From contig CAXXHB010000003.1 of the NCBI GenBank assembly GCA_963664815.2, positions 3,136,001-3,200,000 of the forward strand: a DNA stretch of 64,000 bases. Direction: 5' to 3'. Both the position numbers and the translations under genes were made by a program. How positions within the stretch are numbered: position 1 is the first letter of the stretch; each line of letters begins with the position of its first letter. This DNA comes from Spirochaetota bacterium (lineage in GTDB: Bacteria; Spirochaetota; UBA4802; UBA5550). Under the pieces are notes generated by a model. The model was given only the letters and a program-made list of their open reading frames with translations, did no database searches and was not told the DNA's origin. Shown in pieces: positions 31,791 to 42,583 of the stretch.

Positions 31791-32245
31791 ATATTACCTC
31801 CGGTTTTTTCCTTCAACAGACTAACACAAAACTTTTTTTATACAGTAATCGCTATATTATGTTATCGGAATAAATATTCAAACTCATTAATTCATAAGCA
31901 ATAATACTTTATGGCAGTCATAAAAACTCATTTTCAGTACAACAGTTATTCAGCGTTGTTGGGCTAAATACATCGCAACTGATCTTATAAAGAATTTACC
32001 GTCTATCAAACCCTTTAAAAGAGTCATTTTGGCTACACTTAAAATAAGGCAATAAAACTCAACTTCAGTTGTTGATACAATAAACCACTAAAATCCGGGA
32101 AAATGTTCCCAATATATACTACTTAATCAGTTTTCAATACTGCCTTCTGATTTTATTACCAGATTCAGATGTATTAAACCAATCCGCCCTATTATAATAT
32201 ACCCAAAAAGCAGCCACGTCAAGCAGAATGATAAAAGTATTATAA

Positions 32246-33151
32246 TTAAAAAAAGATATTCAACCCGAATTCCGCTGTATTTTTTATATAACCATCTTCC
32301 CCTATTAAAGTGAAAATATCAGATATCTGAAAGAAAAAAGAACTAGAAAAAAAATATTTTCCCCCCACAGATAGTAGAAACGGACTAACCCTGTCCCCCT
32401 CAATGCTTATATTCATCAAATCTTCTTTTCCTCTGTACAGTCTTGATGAATAATAAAGCTCTATAAAAAAAACAGATGGATACAATCTTGAAGTTATTGC
32501 CCCTGCAGAAATTGATGCATAATCATTTTTAAGACGTTTCCCTTCGAGAAAAGAGCCCTGGTAGAAAGGATTTAAACCTAAACATGATTTATAGGTCTCC
32601 CTGTTCAATGGATTTACTCTAAACCCGCTATAGAGATTTTCACCTGATGCCTCCCTGAAAGTATAACCCGGATTTAACAGCAAAATCTCCCGGCTTGAAA
32701 CATTGAATGAAAATACCGGAGTAAACTTCAGTTCGCTGTTTCCGAAAGAGAGATTCCGGCACTTTTCATCATTATATGCATTCTGGCCTGTGGGAATTCT
32801 CACTACAACACTTAATCCGGTTTCAAAAGCACCATCAAAATAACTTCCCGTGAAATGCCATAAATTGAAAAGAATATCACCAGGTTTGTTCTCTCCTACC
32901 TTGAGGGAATCATAATTGATCAGAGAAAAATCAAATCCGATTGAACTATTTGATGGCATACCAAGATTAAATGAATAATTATCTTTTCTGTTCATGCTGT
33001 CAATGTAAATGAATTCCTCTTTCAGCAGCATATCAATTTTATTTTCAGAAGGGGTATAGCAGGTTTTTGTAAGTGGAAGGGATTTAATATCTGAAAAACA
33101 AAACAGCACCATAGCAATGGTGCTGTTCATTATAATAAGAATTTTTTTCAT
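32246..33151 (-). CDS. Hypothetical exported, probably outer-membrane protein
   Basis: Signal peptide, amphipathic strands, C-terminal Phe. Confidence 0.55.
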   Translation of the reverse strand: MKKILIIMNSTIAMVLFCFSDIKSLPLTKTCYTPSENKIDMLLKEEFIYIDSMNRKDNYSFNLGMPSNSSIGFDFSLINYDSLKVGENKPGDILFNLWHFTGSYFDGAFETGLSVVVRIPTGQNAYNDEKCRNLSFGNSELKFTPVFSFNVSSREILLLNPGYTFREASGENLYSGFRVNPLNRETYKSCLGLNPFYQGSFLEGKRLKNDYASISAGAITSRLYPSVFFIELYYSSRLYRGKEDLMNISIEGDRVSPFLLSVGGKYFFSSSFFFQISDIFTLIGEDGYIKNTAEFGLNIFF

Positions 33152-33167
33152 TCAGATATAATACGGA

Positions 33168-33521
33168 TTATGCTACCTTTTTTACATTTTCAACTATTTT
33201 TCTGAAAGCATCCATATCTCTAACAGCAATCTCTGCAAGCATTTTTCTGTTGATATCTACTTTGTTATCTTTTAATGCTCCAATCAGTTTACTATATGAT
33301 GTACCGCATGCTCTCGCTGCCGCATTTATTCTCATTATCCATAAAGAACGGAAATCTCTTTTCTTCAATCTTCTGTGTTTATATGAATTCTGAAGCGCTC
33401 TTCTCCTTGCATCTTTAGCTGTTCTGAAAAGTTTACTTCTTGCACCTCTGAACCCTTTAGTATCTTTAAGAACTCTTCTTTTTCTCTTCTGATGGATTCT
33501 TCCTGTTGTAGCTCTGGCCAT
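33168..33521 (-). CDS. rplT: 50S ribosomal protein L20
   Basis: KKRDFRSLWIMRINAAAR, INRKMLAEIA. Confidence 0.98.
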   Translation of the reverse strand: MARATTGRIHQKRKRRVLKDTKGFRGARSKLFRTAKDARRRALQNSYKHRRLKKRDFRSLWIMRINAAARACGTSYSKLIGALKDNKVDINRKMLAEIAVRDMDAFRKIVENVKKVA

Positions 33522-33554
33522 TTTTACCCTCTTCTTTAATTACTGAAAATATTA

Positions 33555-33752
33555 TTATGCGTATGGGAGCATTCTCTTGACTTTTGCAGCTTCCGCTTCT
33601 GATGCCACAGTTGTGCCCCTCAGCCGTCTTTTCTGTTTTGGTGATTTATGTTCAAGAATGTGGCGGGCATAAGCATGAGCACATTTCACCTTTCCATTTT
33701 TCGTTATAGAAAATCTTTTTTTTGCACCGCTGTTGCTTTTAATCTTAGGCAT
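33555..33752 (-). CDS. rpmI: 50S ribosomal protein L35
   Basis: MPKIKSNSGAKKRF. Confidence 0.98.
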   Translation of the reverse strand: MPKIKSNSGAKKRFSITKNGKVKCAHAYARHILEHKSPKQKRRLRGTTVASEAEAAKVKRMLPYA

Positions 33753-33811
33753 ATCGTTTCCCCTTATTCATCCTTAATTGTCATAGTTTCAGTTTATATA
33801 TATCAGCATCT

Positions 33812-34357
33812 TTACTTGGAAACCGGCGTCATATACATTGTTATATTTCTCCCTTCCTGGATAGGTTTTTTTTCAACAACACCAACATCTTTCAATACTT
33901 CCAGAACCTTTTCCATTACCTCAAAACCGAGTTCAGGATGAACCATTTCTCTGCCCCTGAACATCAATGTAAACTTTACCTTATCCCCCTTTTCAAGAAA
34001 ATCTTTCGCCCTGTTTACTTTGTGTGTGAAATCATTATCATCAATGGCCGGTCTCATCTTTATTTCTTTAACATGAACGACCTTCTGTTTTTTCTTTGCC
34101 TCTTTGGCTTTTTTTACCTGGTCAAATTTGAACTTACTGTAATCTACAATCCTTACTACCGGAAGCTCCTGGTTTGCGGTAATCTCAACAAGGTCTAAAT
34201 TTTTCTCCCTGGCAATTGCAAGAGCCGCACTTACTGAAATTATTACGGGCTCACCCTCTTCTCCAACCAGTCTGACATTATCAGCAATAATTTCTTCATT
34301 TACCCTGAATTTGTCAAATTTATCCTTGCCGGCACCCTTACCTTTATTCTGCAAAAT
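33812..34357 (-). CDS. infC: Translation initiation factor IF-3, probable ATT start
   Basis: LDLVEI, KEIKMRP.ID.ND, FRGRE; in-frame ATT at 34357 lies 7 nt after a GGGGG SD. Confidence 0.95.
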   Translation of the reverse strand: MLQNKGKGAGKDKFDKFRVNEEIIADNVRLVGEEGEPVIISVSAALAIAREKNLDLVEITANQELPVVRIVDYSKFKFDQVKKAKEAKKKQKVVHVKEIKMRPAIDDNDFTHKVNRAKDFLEKGDKVKFTLMFRGREMVHPELGFEVMEKVLEVLKDVGVVEKKPIQEGRNITMYMTPVSK

Positions 34358-34613
34358 TGTCACACCCCCGGAAAATAAAAATATCTTTAAAGTCAGAATG
34401 AATGAACAGTAGTATTAAAATCAATAAAAAATTCATTCCGTGAGATATTTTTTCGGTATTTGGACAATAATTATACAGTTTGACTGTTTATGGCAGTCAA
34501 CTCATGAAATCGGAACCTCATAAATCCCCTTTGACTTCACCATCATTTATAGATCGGGTGTCGCATGATTAATAGAGGGGAGAGGGGAAATTTCATAATA
34601 AATATAGTTATTT

Positions 34614-36533
34614 TTATCTTTTATTAACTATATCCTCCTTTAAAAGCTTATAAAACTCATCCAGTTTCATTGTTACAGAATCTTTTTCACCCCGCTTCCT
34701 TACAGAAACCGAACCGTTTTCAACCTCATTTTTACCGAAGACGCAAACATAGGGGGCTTTCTGTGAAACAGCTTCACGTATTTTATATCCCATTGATTCA
34801 TTACGAATATCGACATGTGGACGGAGTTCCATATCTATCATATCAGATTTTACTCTGTTTACAAATTCCACCTGCTCTTCCGAAACATTGATTAAAATAG
34901 CCTGTACTGGAGCAATCCATGCGGGAAACCTCCCTGCGTAATGCTCTACAAGTATCCCCACAAACCTTTCTATTGAACCAAGGAGTGCACGGTGAACCAT
35001 ATATGGCCTGTGTTTCTGGCCGTCTTCTCCAACATAATACATATCGAATCTTTCCGGCATGTTAAAATCAAACTGAATTGTTGTCATCTGCCATTCACGG
35101 CCAATTGCATCACGGACTTTGAGATCAATTTTCGGTCCATAAAATGCTCCACCACCTTCATCCATTTCAACTTTAAGGTTAGCAGATTCAATGGCTTTTC
35201 TGAGAGATTCCTGAGCTGTTTCCCATCTCGATGCCTCGCCTACGCTCCCTTCAGGCTTTGTTGCAAGGTAGGCCTTTATATCTGTGAAACCGAGTGTCTT
35301 CCACATCCAGAGCGAAAATCGCAGTACTTCTTTCACTTCATCTTCTATTTGTTCAGGAGTACAGAATATATGAGCATCATCCTGTGTGAATCCCCTTACA
35401 CGGAGAAGACCGTGAAGCACTCCTGATTTTTCATATCTGTAAACTGTTCCAAGCTCCGCCCATCGAAGAGGGAGATCCCTGTATGAATGAAGCGATGTCT
35501 GATATATCTTTATATGGAACGGGCAGTTCATCGGCTTTATATAGTAATCCTGCTCGTCAATCTCCATGGGTGAATACATGTTCTGTTTGTAAAATCCAAG
35601 GTGGCCGGAGGTTTCCCACAAATGAGCTCGCCCGATATGTGGAGTATAGAGAATATCATAACCATTTTTAAAATGCTCTTTCCTCCACCACTCTTCAAGT
35701 ACATTTCTAAGCCTTGCACCGTTAGGGTGCCAGTAGACCAGCCCCCCTCCTACATCTTCATGAGTGCTGAAAAGATCGAGTTCCTTTCCAAGCTTACGGT
35801 GATCTCTCTTTTTCACCTCTTCGAGAAATTCCAGGTGTTTGTTGAGAGCCTTCTGGTCCGTGAACGCTATTCCGTATATACGCTGAAGCATTTTATTCTT
35901 CTCATCACCGCGCCAGTACGCGCCGGCTATTGAGAGAAGTTTGACTGATTTTAAAATTTCAGTATTCATAACATGCGGCCCGCGGCAGAGATCGGCGAAC
36001 TCTCCCTGCCGGTAAAGCGAAACGTTCCCCTCCGGGAGATCGTTAAGCAGCTCAATCTTATATACTTCATTTATTTTTGTAAAATAATTTAATGCATCAG
36101 AACGTGACATCTCTTCTCTTTTAATATCAAGCTTCTCTTCCACTATTTTTATCATCTCTGCTTCAATAGCAGTGAGGTCTTCAGGAACGAGTGATTTCTT
36201 CATATCTATGTCATAATAAAAACCGTTATCTATCGCTGGTCCAATTGCAAATTTTGCATCGGGAAAAAGCCGCTTAACAGCCTGGGCCATCAGATGAGAG
36301 GCAGAATGCCAGAAGATGTTCTTCCCTTTCTCTGAATCAAATGTTATTATGTTTATTTCACTATCGCTGTTAACCGGGGTTGAAAGATCAACAGCAATAC
36401 CATTAATCTCAGCAGCAAGAGCGGCCTTCTGAAGCCCTTTACCTATCTGACCGGTAAAATCATACAAAGTAGTCCCTTTTTCAACTTCTCTTACGCTTTT
36501 ATCAGGTAGTATTACTTTAATCATATTGCTCAC
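34614..36533 (-). CDS. thrS: Threonine--tRNA ligase
   Basis: TGS domain, HSASHL, DLCRGPH, RDHRKLG, KPMNCP, GAFYGPK. Confidence 0.98.
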   Translation of the reverse strand: MSNMIKVILPDKSVREVEKGTTLYDFTGQIGKGLQKAALAAEINGIAVDLSTPVNSDSEINIITFDSEKGKNIFWHSASHLMAQAVKRLFPDAKFAIGPAIDNGFYYDIDMKKSLVPEDLTAIEAEMIKIVEEKLDIKREEMSRSDALNYFTKINEVYKIELLNDLPEGNVSLYRQGEFADLCRGPHVMNTEILKSVKLLSIAGAYWRGDEKNKMLQRIYGIAFTDQKALNKHLEFLEEVKKRDHRKLGKELDLFSTHEDVGGGLVYWHPNGARLRNVLEEWWRKEHFKNGYDILYTPHIGRAHLWETSGHLGFYKQNMYSPMEIDEQDYYIKPMNCPFHIKIYQTSLHSYRDLPLRWAELGTVYRYEKSGVLHGLLRVRGFTQDDAHIFCTPEQIEDEVKEVLRFSLWMWKTLGFTDIKAYLATKPEGSVGEASRWETAQESLRKAIESANLKVEMDEGGGAFYGPKIDLKVRDAIGREWQMTTIQFDFNMPERFDMYYVGEDGQKHRPYMVHRALLGSIERFVGILVEHYAGRFPAWIAPVQAILINVSEEQVEFVNRVKSDMIDMELRPHVDIRNESMGYKIREAVSQKAPYVCVFGKNEVENGSVSVRKRGEKDSVTMKLDEFYKLLKEDIVNKR

Positions 36534-36603
36534 TTGAGTGTCTCCAGGTGTAAATTTGCTTTTCTGCAGGATTACCTATTTTAAAATGTCAGTGAAGGAA
36601 CTC

Positions 36604-36677
36604 TGGGTGATACTGGAATCGAACCAGTGACCTCCTGCATGTCGAGCAGGCACTCTAACCAGCTGAGCTAATCACCC
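36604..36677 (-). tRNA. tRNA-Val(GAC), CCA not encoded
   Basis: GGGTGATTAGCTCAGCTGGTTAGAGTG-CCTGC-TCGACAT-GCAGG-AGGTCACTGGTTCGATTCCAGTATCACCCA folds as a cloverleaf. Confidence 0.95.
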
Positions 36678-36997
36678 TATTCTGCTGAATATTGAATCAA
36701 TATTTTCAGGAGAAGTTCATTGTCAACTTTTTTTTAAAGAAAACATTACAGCCTTCTTTCATATGCTCAAAAACTCTCCCGGATTATCCAATACTGGATT
36801 TATATATAATTTGTTAAGAATCGCAACACCCTGCAAGTCTTTTTCAGGATATGCTGCGATATTTTACCACAGCATAAAGCATAAAAAGAATGACTGAGTT
36901 TCTTTTGAAATCCATTAAGGACAGACAATATTGCAGAAGTTATCTGTTTTGAAGATTCAGAGGATTATAGAACCGATAAATGTATAGAATACTTAAA

Positions 36998-37027
36998 GCC
37001 GGAGAGATTCGAATGAATCTCTCCGGC
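36998..37027. terminator. Strong hairpin downstream of the Spy/CpxP-like gene
   Basis: GCCGGAGAGATTC-GAAT-GAATCTCTCCGGC, perfect 13-bp stem. Confidence 0.7.
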
Positions 37028-37072
37028 ATGTCTTTTTAAAAAATTTTCCGTTTTGTCATTTTTATATATTTC

Positions 37073-37561
37073 TTACTTTTCCCATATGCCCTCAATACGG
37101 CGTTTATTATGCTGCTCAAGCATTTCAGCTAATTTATCTCTCTGCTTAGAAGTTAACATCTTATGGAATTCAACAAATTGATCTATAAGTAAATCTCTGA
37201 ATTCTTTATTAGCTGCCTCCCTTGCTTCTTTCTTCTTCAACAGAAGTTCAGTCAGCCTTGTTTTATCAATTTTATCACTCCTGATATAATTAATTACTTC
37301 AGCATTTGACGGCGGCTGTTCATCCTTCTGTAATTTTTTCTTTTGAACAATCCGGGATTTGATATCATCCAGTTTTGCCTTCTGTACATCAGTTAACGAC
37401 AGTTTCTTTGTTATTTCATCCGCAACCTTGTCTGCCCTTTTTTCAAAACTGACTTTTTTATGGCCACCTTCACTATTTGCAGCGAAAAGCCCGGCAGAAA
37501 AAAGGGTCATGAGCACAATTGATAAAACTGATTTTGAAAAAAATAAACGGATCACTTTCAT
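37073..37561 (-). CDS. Spy/CpxP-family periplasmic protein
   Basis: Signal peptide and two LTxxQ motifs (LTDVQ, LTSKQ). Confidence 0.8.
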   Translation of the reverse strand: MKVIRLFFSKSVLSIVLMTLFSAGLFAANSEGGHKKVSFEKRADKVADEITKKLSLTDVQKAKLDDIKSRIVQKKKLQKDEQPPSNAEVINYIRSDKIDKTRLTELLLKKKEAREAANKEFRDLLIDQFVEFHKMLTSKQRDKLAEMLEQHNKRRIEGIWEK

Positions 37562-37688
37562 TTTAATCTCCTTATTTTATTATTAATCAGTTAACCTCAG
37601 ATATGGGAGTTCGGTTCCAAAAAAAATTATAAACTGTAATAGAAATTAAACCTTTCACATGGAATAAAAAATCCGCCGTCTTTTGTAA

Positions 37689-39539
37689 TTATAAATCATT
37701 TATTGTAAACACTGCCATGAATCCATTCAGTTCCTGAGCCTGGTTTGCCATCTCCTCGCTTGCTGCGGCGGTCTCTTCCACAAGCGCGGCATTCTGCTGA
37801 GTCATTGAATCCAGTTCAGAAACAGCTTTATTTATCTGGTTTATACCCTGCTTTTGTTCATTACTTGCCGATGCCATCTCTGATATCAATCGGCTGACTT
37901 TTTTTACAGACTCAATTATTTCAGTAAGAGACTGACCGCTCAAATTGGCCTGCTGTGTTCCATAACCGATTTTTTCGCCCGATTCTTTGATAAGTGAACT
38001 TATCTCTTTTGCCGCATTTCCTGATCTCTGTGCCAGATTTCTAACCTCTCCCGCAACAACGGCAAAACCTCTCCCCTGCTCACCGGCGCGTGCGGCCTCT
38101 ACGGCAGCATTCAGAGCCAGAAGATTTGTCTGAAACGCTATATCATTTATGACAGTAATTATCTCACTGATTTTTTTACTGAATTCATAAATCTCATTAA
38201 TGGAATCCACTGCACCGGAAACCATATTGCCGCCGCTCACAGCCATGTCAGCAGACTTTTGAGCCAGATTATTTGCTTCTATCGAATTGTCGGCATTCAG
38301 ATTAATATTCTGTGCAGTCTCTTCAATGGTTGAAGCTATCTCTTCCAATGCTGCAGCCTGTTCGCTTGTCCGCTGCGACAGATTCTGATTCCCGCTTGCA
38401 ATTTCCTGTACCGCCTGTGTCAGGTTCTGGGATGACATTTTTATATTAAATATTAATTTCTCAAACTGATCAAGAGCATTGTTCATGCCGGATGCAATTT
38501 CACTTATTTCATCGCCGGAATTCTTACCGGTATACCTTATATTCAGCTTACCCATAGCCATAGCGTTCATGACATTTTTACATTCTTCAAGCGGATTAAG
38601 CCTTTTAGCTATGACATAATAAATGATTCCTCCGAACACAAAAATTCCTGCAATACCTACCAGTATCATTATAACAGCCATCTCGTTGACCTTTTCATTT
38701 ATATCTGAAACATAAATTGTAACACATGTAATAAACTTATACTTATCATTTCTCAGATAAGAAAGGATTTTCGGTTTACCCTGAAAGCTGTATTCAATAA
38801 CATCGCTCTCCATTTTTTTTTCAAAAATCTTTTTTCCCCATTCCTCTTTGCTCATATCAAGTTTGTATATAAATTCACTTTTAGGATGGGCGAAAACCAA
38901 TCCTTTAAGTGTGGTAATAAATGGATATCCCGTTTTACCAATCAGAGTATTACCCACAAGGTTGTTTGAAAATGTTCCTATATCGCATGCCAGCCCCATA
39001 ATGCCCCTTACTTTACCGTTAATTACTATCGGATTGGTTATAAGAACAACCCCTTTACCATTAATCGGGGATTTATATGGTTCACTTATATGAATATTGC
39101 CTTTAAGCGCTTCATTAAGATTGTCATCAAAACCTGTTCCCTTCCAGTGCAATCCTACAGATTTCCCCCCCATGCCGTCCGCCACAAGCACGGCATCATC
39201 CTCAGCGGTTGAAATAAAGACATTTTCATATAGTTTAATTTCATTAAAATAAGTTGTCATCATATCCGTGGCAACCCCATATTTACCGGAAGCAACAGCC
39301 TCTTTTATATCTTTTGACGCAGCCAGATACCGGCAGTTGTTCATCTGTTGTTCATAGAAATTAACAAGCTGTCTGCTGAAATCGCTGTTAAAATTGCTGA
39401 GCTGATTGAGATACGAGATTTTAACAGCATTGTATGCTATTAAGTATGAACCGGCAATAAGTGAAACAGTTAAAATTATTATAATGCAGGCTACCGTTAA
39501 AGAAAGCACAACTTTAAGACTTTTCATATTGATATTCAT
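37689..39539 (-). CDS. Methyl-accepting chemotaxis protein (Cache sensor, HAMP)
   Basis: [30 protein letters not shown]. Confidence 0.95.
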   Translation of the reverse strand: MNINMKSLKVVLSLTVACIIIILTVSLIAGSYLIAYNAVKISYLNQLSNFNSDFSRQLVNFYEQQMNNCRYLAASKDIKEAVASGKYGVATDMMTTYFNEIKLYENVFISTAEDDAVLVADGMGGKSVGLHWKGTGFDDNLNEALKGNIHISEPYKSPINGKGVVLITNPIVINGKVRGIMGLACDIGTFSNNLVGNTLIGKTGYPFITTLKGLVFAHPKSEFIYKLDMSKEEWGKKIFEKKMESDVIEYSFQGKPKILSYLRNDKYKFITCVTIYVSDINEKVNEMAVIMILVGIAGIFVFGGIIYYVIAKRLNPLEECKNVMNAMAMGKLNIRYTGKNSGDEISEIASGMNNALDQFEKLIFNIKMSSQNLTQAVQEIASGNQNLSQRTSEQAAALEEIASTIEETAQNINLNADNSIEANNLAQKSADMAVSGGNMVSGAVDSINEIYEFSKKISEIITVINDIAFQTNLLALNAAVEAARAGEQGRGFAVVAGEVRNLAQRSGNAAKEISSLIKESGEKIGYGTQQANLSGQSLTEIIESVKKVSRLISEMASASNEQKQGINQINKAVSELDSMTQQNAALVEETAAASEEMANQAQELNGFMAVFTINDL

Positions 39540-39809
39540 CTGATTTAACCCCTACTTCAGTTCTGTTGTATTATTGAATCAATAATAGCTGTTTTTTTTG
39601 TCAGAATCAAATTTTCATCAGATTCATTTGTCTTTGCTGTTCTTATATTTTTTTTATTGCATGATAAGTCATTCCGGGGAAATTGCAGATAAAATAGGGT
39701 TATTTGATATTTATAAATTATTGTTTATTAAATAAAAAAACTTACTGAAAACATTGACGTGCTGATCATATTTTAGTATATTATTAAATATTAAATCTTA
39801 CAACCCGAG

Positions 39810-39998
39810 GTGAATATAATGTGGGCAATACCTGATAAATATATAACTAAATGCTACCTGAAAGATACCGGTGAGCTTGTAACTGAACATGTCTATGAGG
39901 CAATAAATAAAGACGAAGCAGAAACGCGGGCTTTTCTTAATTGCATAATAGCCAACAACAGAAAAACTAATGTACGTGTAGATGTAAAAAAACTGTAA
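39810..39998 (+). CDS. Small hypothetical protein
   Basis: SD GAGGTG before ATG 39819; TTGACG..TATATT promoter-like sequence upstream; hairpin at about 40033-40068 downstream. Confidence 0.55.
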   Translation: MNIMWAIPDKYITKCYLKDTGELVTEHVYEAINKDEAETRAFLNCIIANNRKTNVRVDVKKL

Positions 39999-40175
39999 AA
40001 GAAATATAGTGTATTACTTTCATTCTATTATTCTATCCGGAAAATAAAAATTTTATTTCCCGGATAGAGTTTTTTTATAATATAAAGAGGTTTAACAATT
40101 CCGTAAAAAATAAAAAAGATTGATATATGTTTCCAGGTATTTCAGACTAAATTACTTACATATAAGGAAATAATG

Positions 40176-40835
40176 ATGTGCGGAAGATTTGCCCTTTCTA
40201 TTCCTTTAAATAAAATAGCCGAATATTTTCAGGCCATCAATACAAGCAACCTCCAGGCAAGTTATAATATTGCTCCCGGCCAGGAAATTGCAGCTGTCAT
40301 AAATGATACCTGCAGAAAAATAATTAATCTTAAATGGGGATTTATACCTACATGGGCAAAAGACCCGGCTATTGGCTATAGAATGATTAATGCAAAATCG
40401 GAAACTCTGGCTGAAAAACCGAGTTTCAGGGAGGCTCTGAAAAAACGGAGGTGCATTATACCTGCAACCGGTTTTTTCGAATGGAATAAATCGGGTAAGG
40501 AAAAAACTCCCTTCTATATTCACATGAAAGATGATTCTTTTTTCTCTTTTGCCGGATTATATGAATACTGGCAGGACCGGGAAGGTAAAACTTTATCCAC
40601 CTGCACCATAATAACAACCTGTTCCAACACGTTAATCAATACTATTCATAACAGGATGCCTGTTATTTTATCAGAGGAACAGGCCCTTTCGTGGATCGAT
40701 ATGTCTTTAGACATATCCGATGTTCTCCCTTTATTAATACCATATAACCCTGATGAGATCCTGATGGAGGAGGTATCCCTGCTTGTAAATTCACCGCGAA
40801 ATAATTCTCCTGAATGCATAAAATCTGTAAAATAA
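40176..40835 (+). CDS. SOS response-associated peptidase (SRAP/YedK/HMCES family)
   Basis: N-terminal M-CGRF, NAKSET, GFFEW, IHNRMP. Confidence 0.93.
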   Translation: MCGRFALSIPLNKIAEYFQAINTSNLQASYNIAPGQEIAAVINDTCRKIINLKWGFIPTWAKDPAIGYRMINAKSETLAEKPSFREALKKRRCIIPATGFFEWNKSGKEKTPFYIHMKDDSFFSFAGLYEYWQDREGKTLSTCTIITTCSNTLINTIHNRMPVILSEEQALSWIDMSLDISDVLPLLIPYNPDEILMEEVSLLVNSPRNNSPECIKSVK

Positions 40836-40896
40836 TACTAAACATTTGTTGACTATTACAATATATAATAATATCCTGCCTGTATGAGGTATTATT

Positions 40897-41325
40897 ATGC
40901 TGCATGTAATAAAAATAGCCGGACTGAAAGCTGTAACGGGCTTCAAGTTGCCATTTTTCGTTCAATCAGTCCAGGCCGGTTTTCCGTCTCCTGCTGATGA
41001 CTATATTGAAAAGCAGCTGGATTTCAACGAATTGCTTATACAGCATCCGGCAGCAACATTCTGCGTCAGGGTTTCCGGAGATTCCATGATTAATGCGGGA
41101 ATTTCTGCAGGAGATATCCTTGTTGTCGATAAAGCATTGATTCCAAAAAATAATTCCATCGTAATAGCCATTCTTAACGGAGAGTTCACGGTGAAGAGAA
41201 TACAGTTTAATCATAACCAGGTATTGTTAATTCCGGAAAACCCTGCCTTCAGCCCGGTGATTGTGAGCAATGATAGCTTTGAAGTATGGGGTGTTGTAAC
41301 ATATGTCATCCATAAAGCCAGATAA
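40897..41325 (+). CDS. umuD: Error-prone DNA polymerase V subunit UmuD
   Basis: AGFPSPA cleavage site, GDSM, TVKR. Confidence 0.93.
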   Translation: MLHVIKIAGLKAVTGFKLPFFVQSVQAGFPSPADDYIEKQLDFNELLIQHPAATFCVRVSGDSMINAGISAGDILVVDKALIPKNNSIVIAILNGEFTVKRIQFNHNQVLLIPENPAFSPVIVSNDSFEVWGVVTYVIHKAR

Positions 41326-42583
41326 CGTTGTGGCAATTGTTGACTGCAACTCCTTCTATGCCTCATGTGAAAAAGTATTTAATCCTCAACTCAACAATAG
41401 GCCTGTTGTTGTCCTCAGCAATAATGACGGCTGTGTTGTAGCCTGTTCACAGGAGGCAAAAAATCTCGGCATAAAGATTGGAACTCCGGTATTTAAATGT
41501 GAGAGATTACTGAAAATACATGGCGGAGAAATTTTCTCTTCAAATTACACCCTGTACGGAGACATGTCAAAAAGGGTTATGGAGATACTTTCCGGATTCA
41601 GCCCTGACATGGAAATCTACTCAATTGATGAGGCCTTCCTGTCCCTTGAAGGGATGGCACATTTTGACCTGTCGGAATACGGTAAAGAGATAATATCCAC
41701 TGTGAAACAGTGGACCGGGTTACCTGTATCAGTAGGGATTGCGGAGACTAAAACTCTGGCTAAAATCGGCAACAGATTCAGCAAACGCGATCCGAGTCTT
41801 AATGGCGTCTGCAATCTTGTAAATAACAGTCACATAGAATATATTCTTGAAGGTACCGATGTAAGCGACGTATGGGGAGTAGGCGATCAATATACAAAAC
41901 GCCTGAAACAATACGGGATAACCAATGCACTGCAGCTCAGAGATGCCGATGAAAAATGGATAAAAAATAAAATGACTATTACCGGATTAAGAACCGTAAT
42001 GGAATTACGCGGAAAGCCATGTATCGGGCTTGAGGAAGCCCCGCTGACAAAAAAAGGAATTATGAGCTCCAAATCCTTCGGCAAACCGGTAGAGTCTTTA
42101 GATGAGATGATGGAAGCCATTTCCGTCTATACTTCTGTCGCGGCTGTAAAACTCAGGAGGCAGAGATCAGTTACCCCGGTTATAACCGTATTTATTATGA
42201 CAGACCGGTTCAGGAAAGATCAGCCGCAATATGGCAATTCATGCACAATAAGGCTCCCGGAAGCAACGTCGTATACTCCTGACCTTATTCGTTTTGCACG
42301 GCAGGGTATTGAAAGTATTTACTGCACCGGTTATCTTTACAAAAAATCCGGAGTTTTCTTCGGTGATATATTCTCAGAAGATGACTTTCAGCCTGACCTG
42401 TTTGCCGGAGGCAGCATGCATAAAATCCCTCTTATGCATGCTATCGATAAAATTAATAAAAAATATGGTGCGACTACAATCCGAACAGCTGCCGAAGGAA
42501 TCAATAACCCCTGGCAAATGAAAAGAGGCAGACTATCAAAAAAATATACTACACGATGGGATGAGCTGCTGAATATTTCATGA
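41303..42583 (+). CDS. umuC: Y-family DNA polymerase V subunit UmuC
   Basis: DCNSFYASCE, SNNDGC, YSIDEAF, WQMKR..LS..YTT.W. Confidence 0.95.
   Translation: MSSIKPDNVVAIVDCNSFYASCEKVFNPQLNNRPVVVLSNNDGCVVACSQEAKNLGIKIGTPVFKCERLLKIHGGEIFSSNYTLYGDMSKRVMEILSGFSPDMEIYSIDEAFLSLEGMAHFDLSEYGKEIISTVKQWTGLPVSVGIAETKTLAKIGNRFSKRDPSLNGVCNLVNNSHIEYILEGTDVSDVWGVGDQYTKRLKQYGITNALQLRDADEKWIKNKMTITGLRTVMELRGKPCIGLEEAPLTKKGIMSSKSFGKPVESLDEMMEAISVYTSVAAVKLRRQRSVTPVITVFIMTDRFRKDQPQYGNSCTIRLPEATSYTPDLIRFARQGIESIYCTGYLYKKSGVFFGDIFSEDDFQPDLFAGGSMHKIPLMHAIDKINKKYGATTIRTAAEGINNPWQMKRGRLSKKYTTRWDELLNIS

Noticed and set aside
34355-34363. Non-ATG start of infC as a novelty
   Set aside because: ATT initiation of infC is established autoregulation; recorded only as a start correction
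36540-37000. tRNA-Val as the attachment site of a prophage or island
   Set aside because: No integrase adjacent and no duplicate of the tRNA 3' end found in the window; the accessory DNA lies on its 5' side
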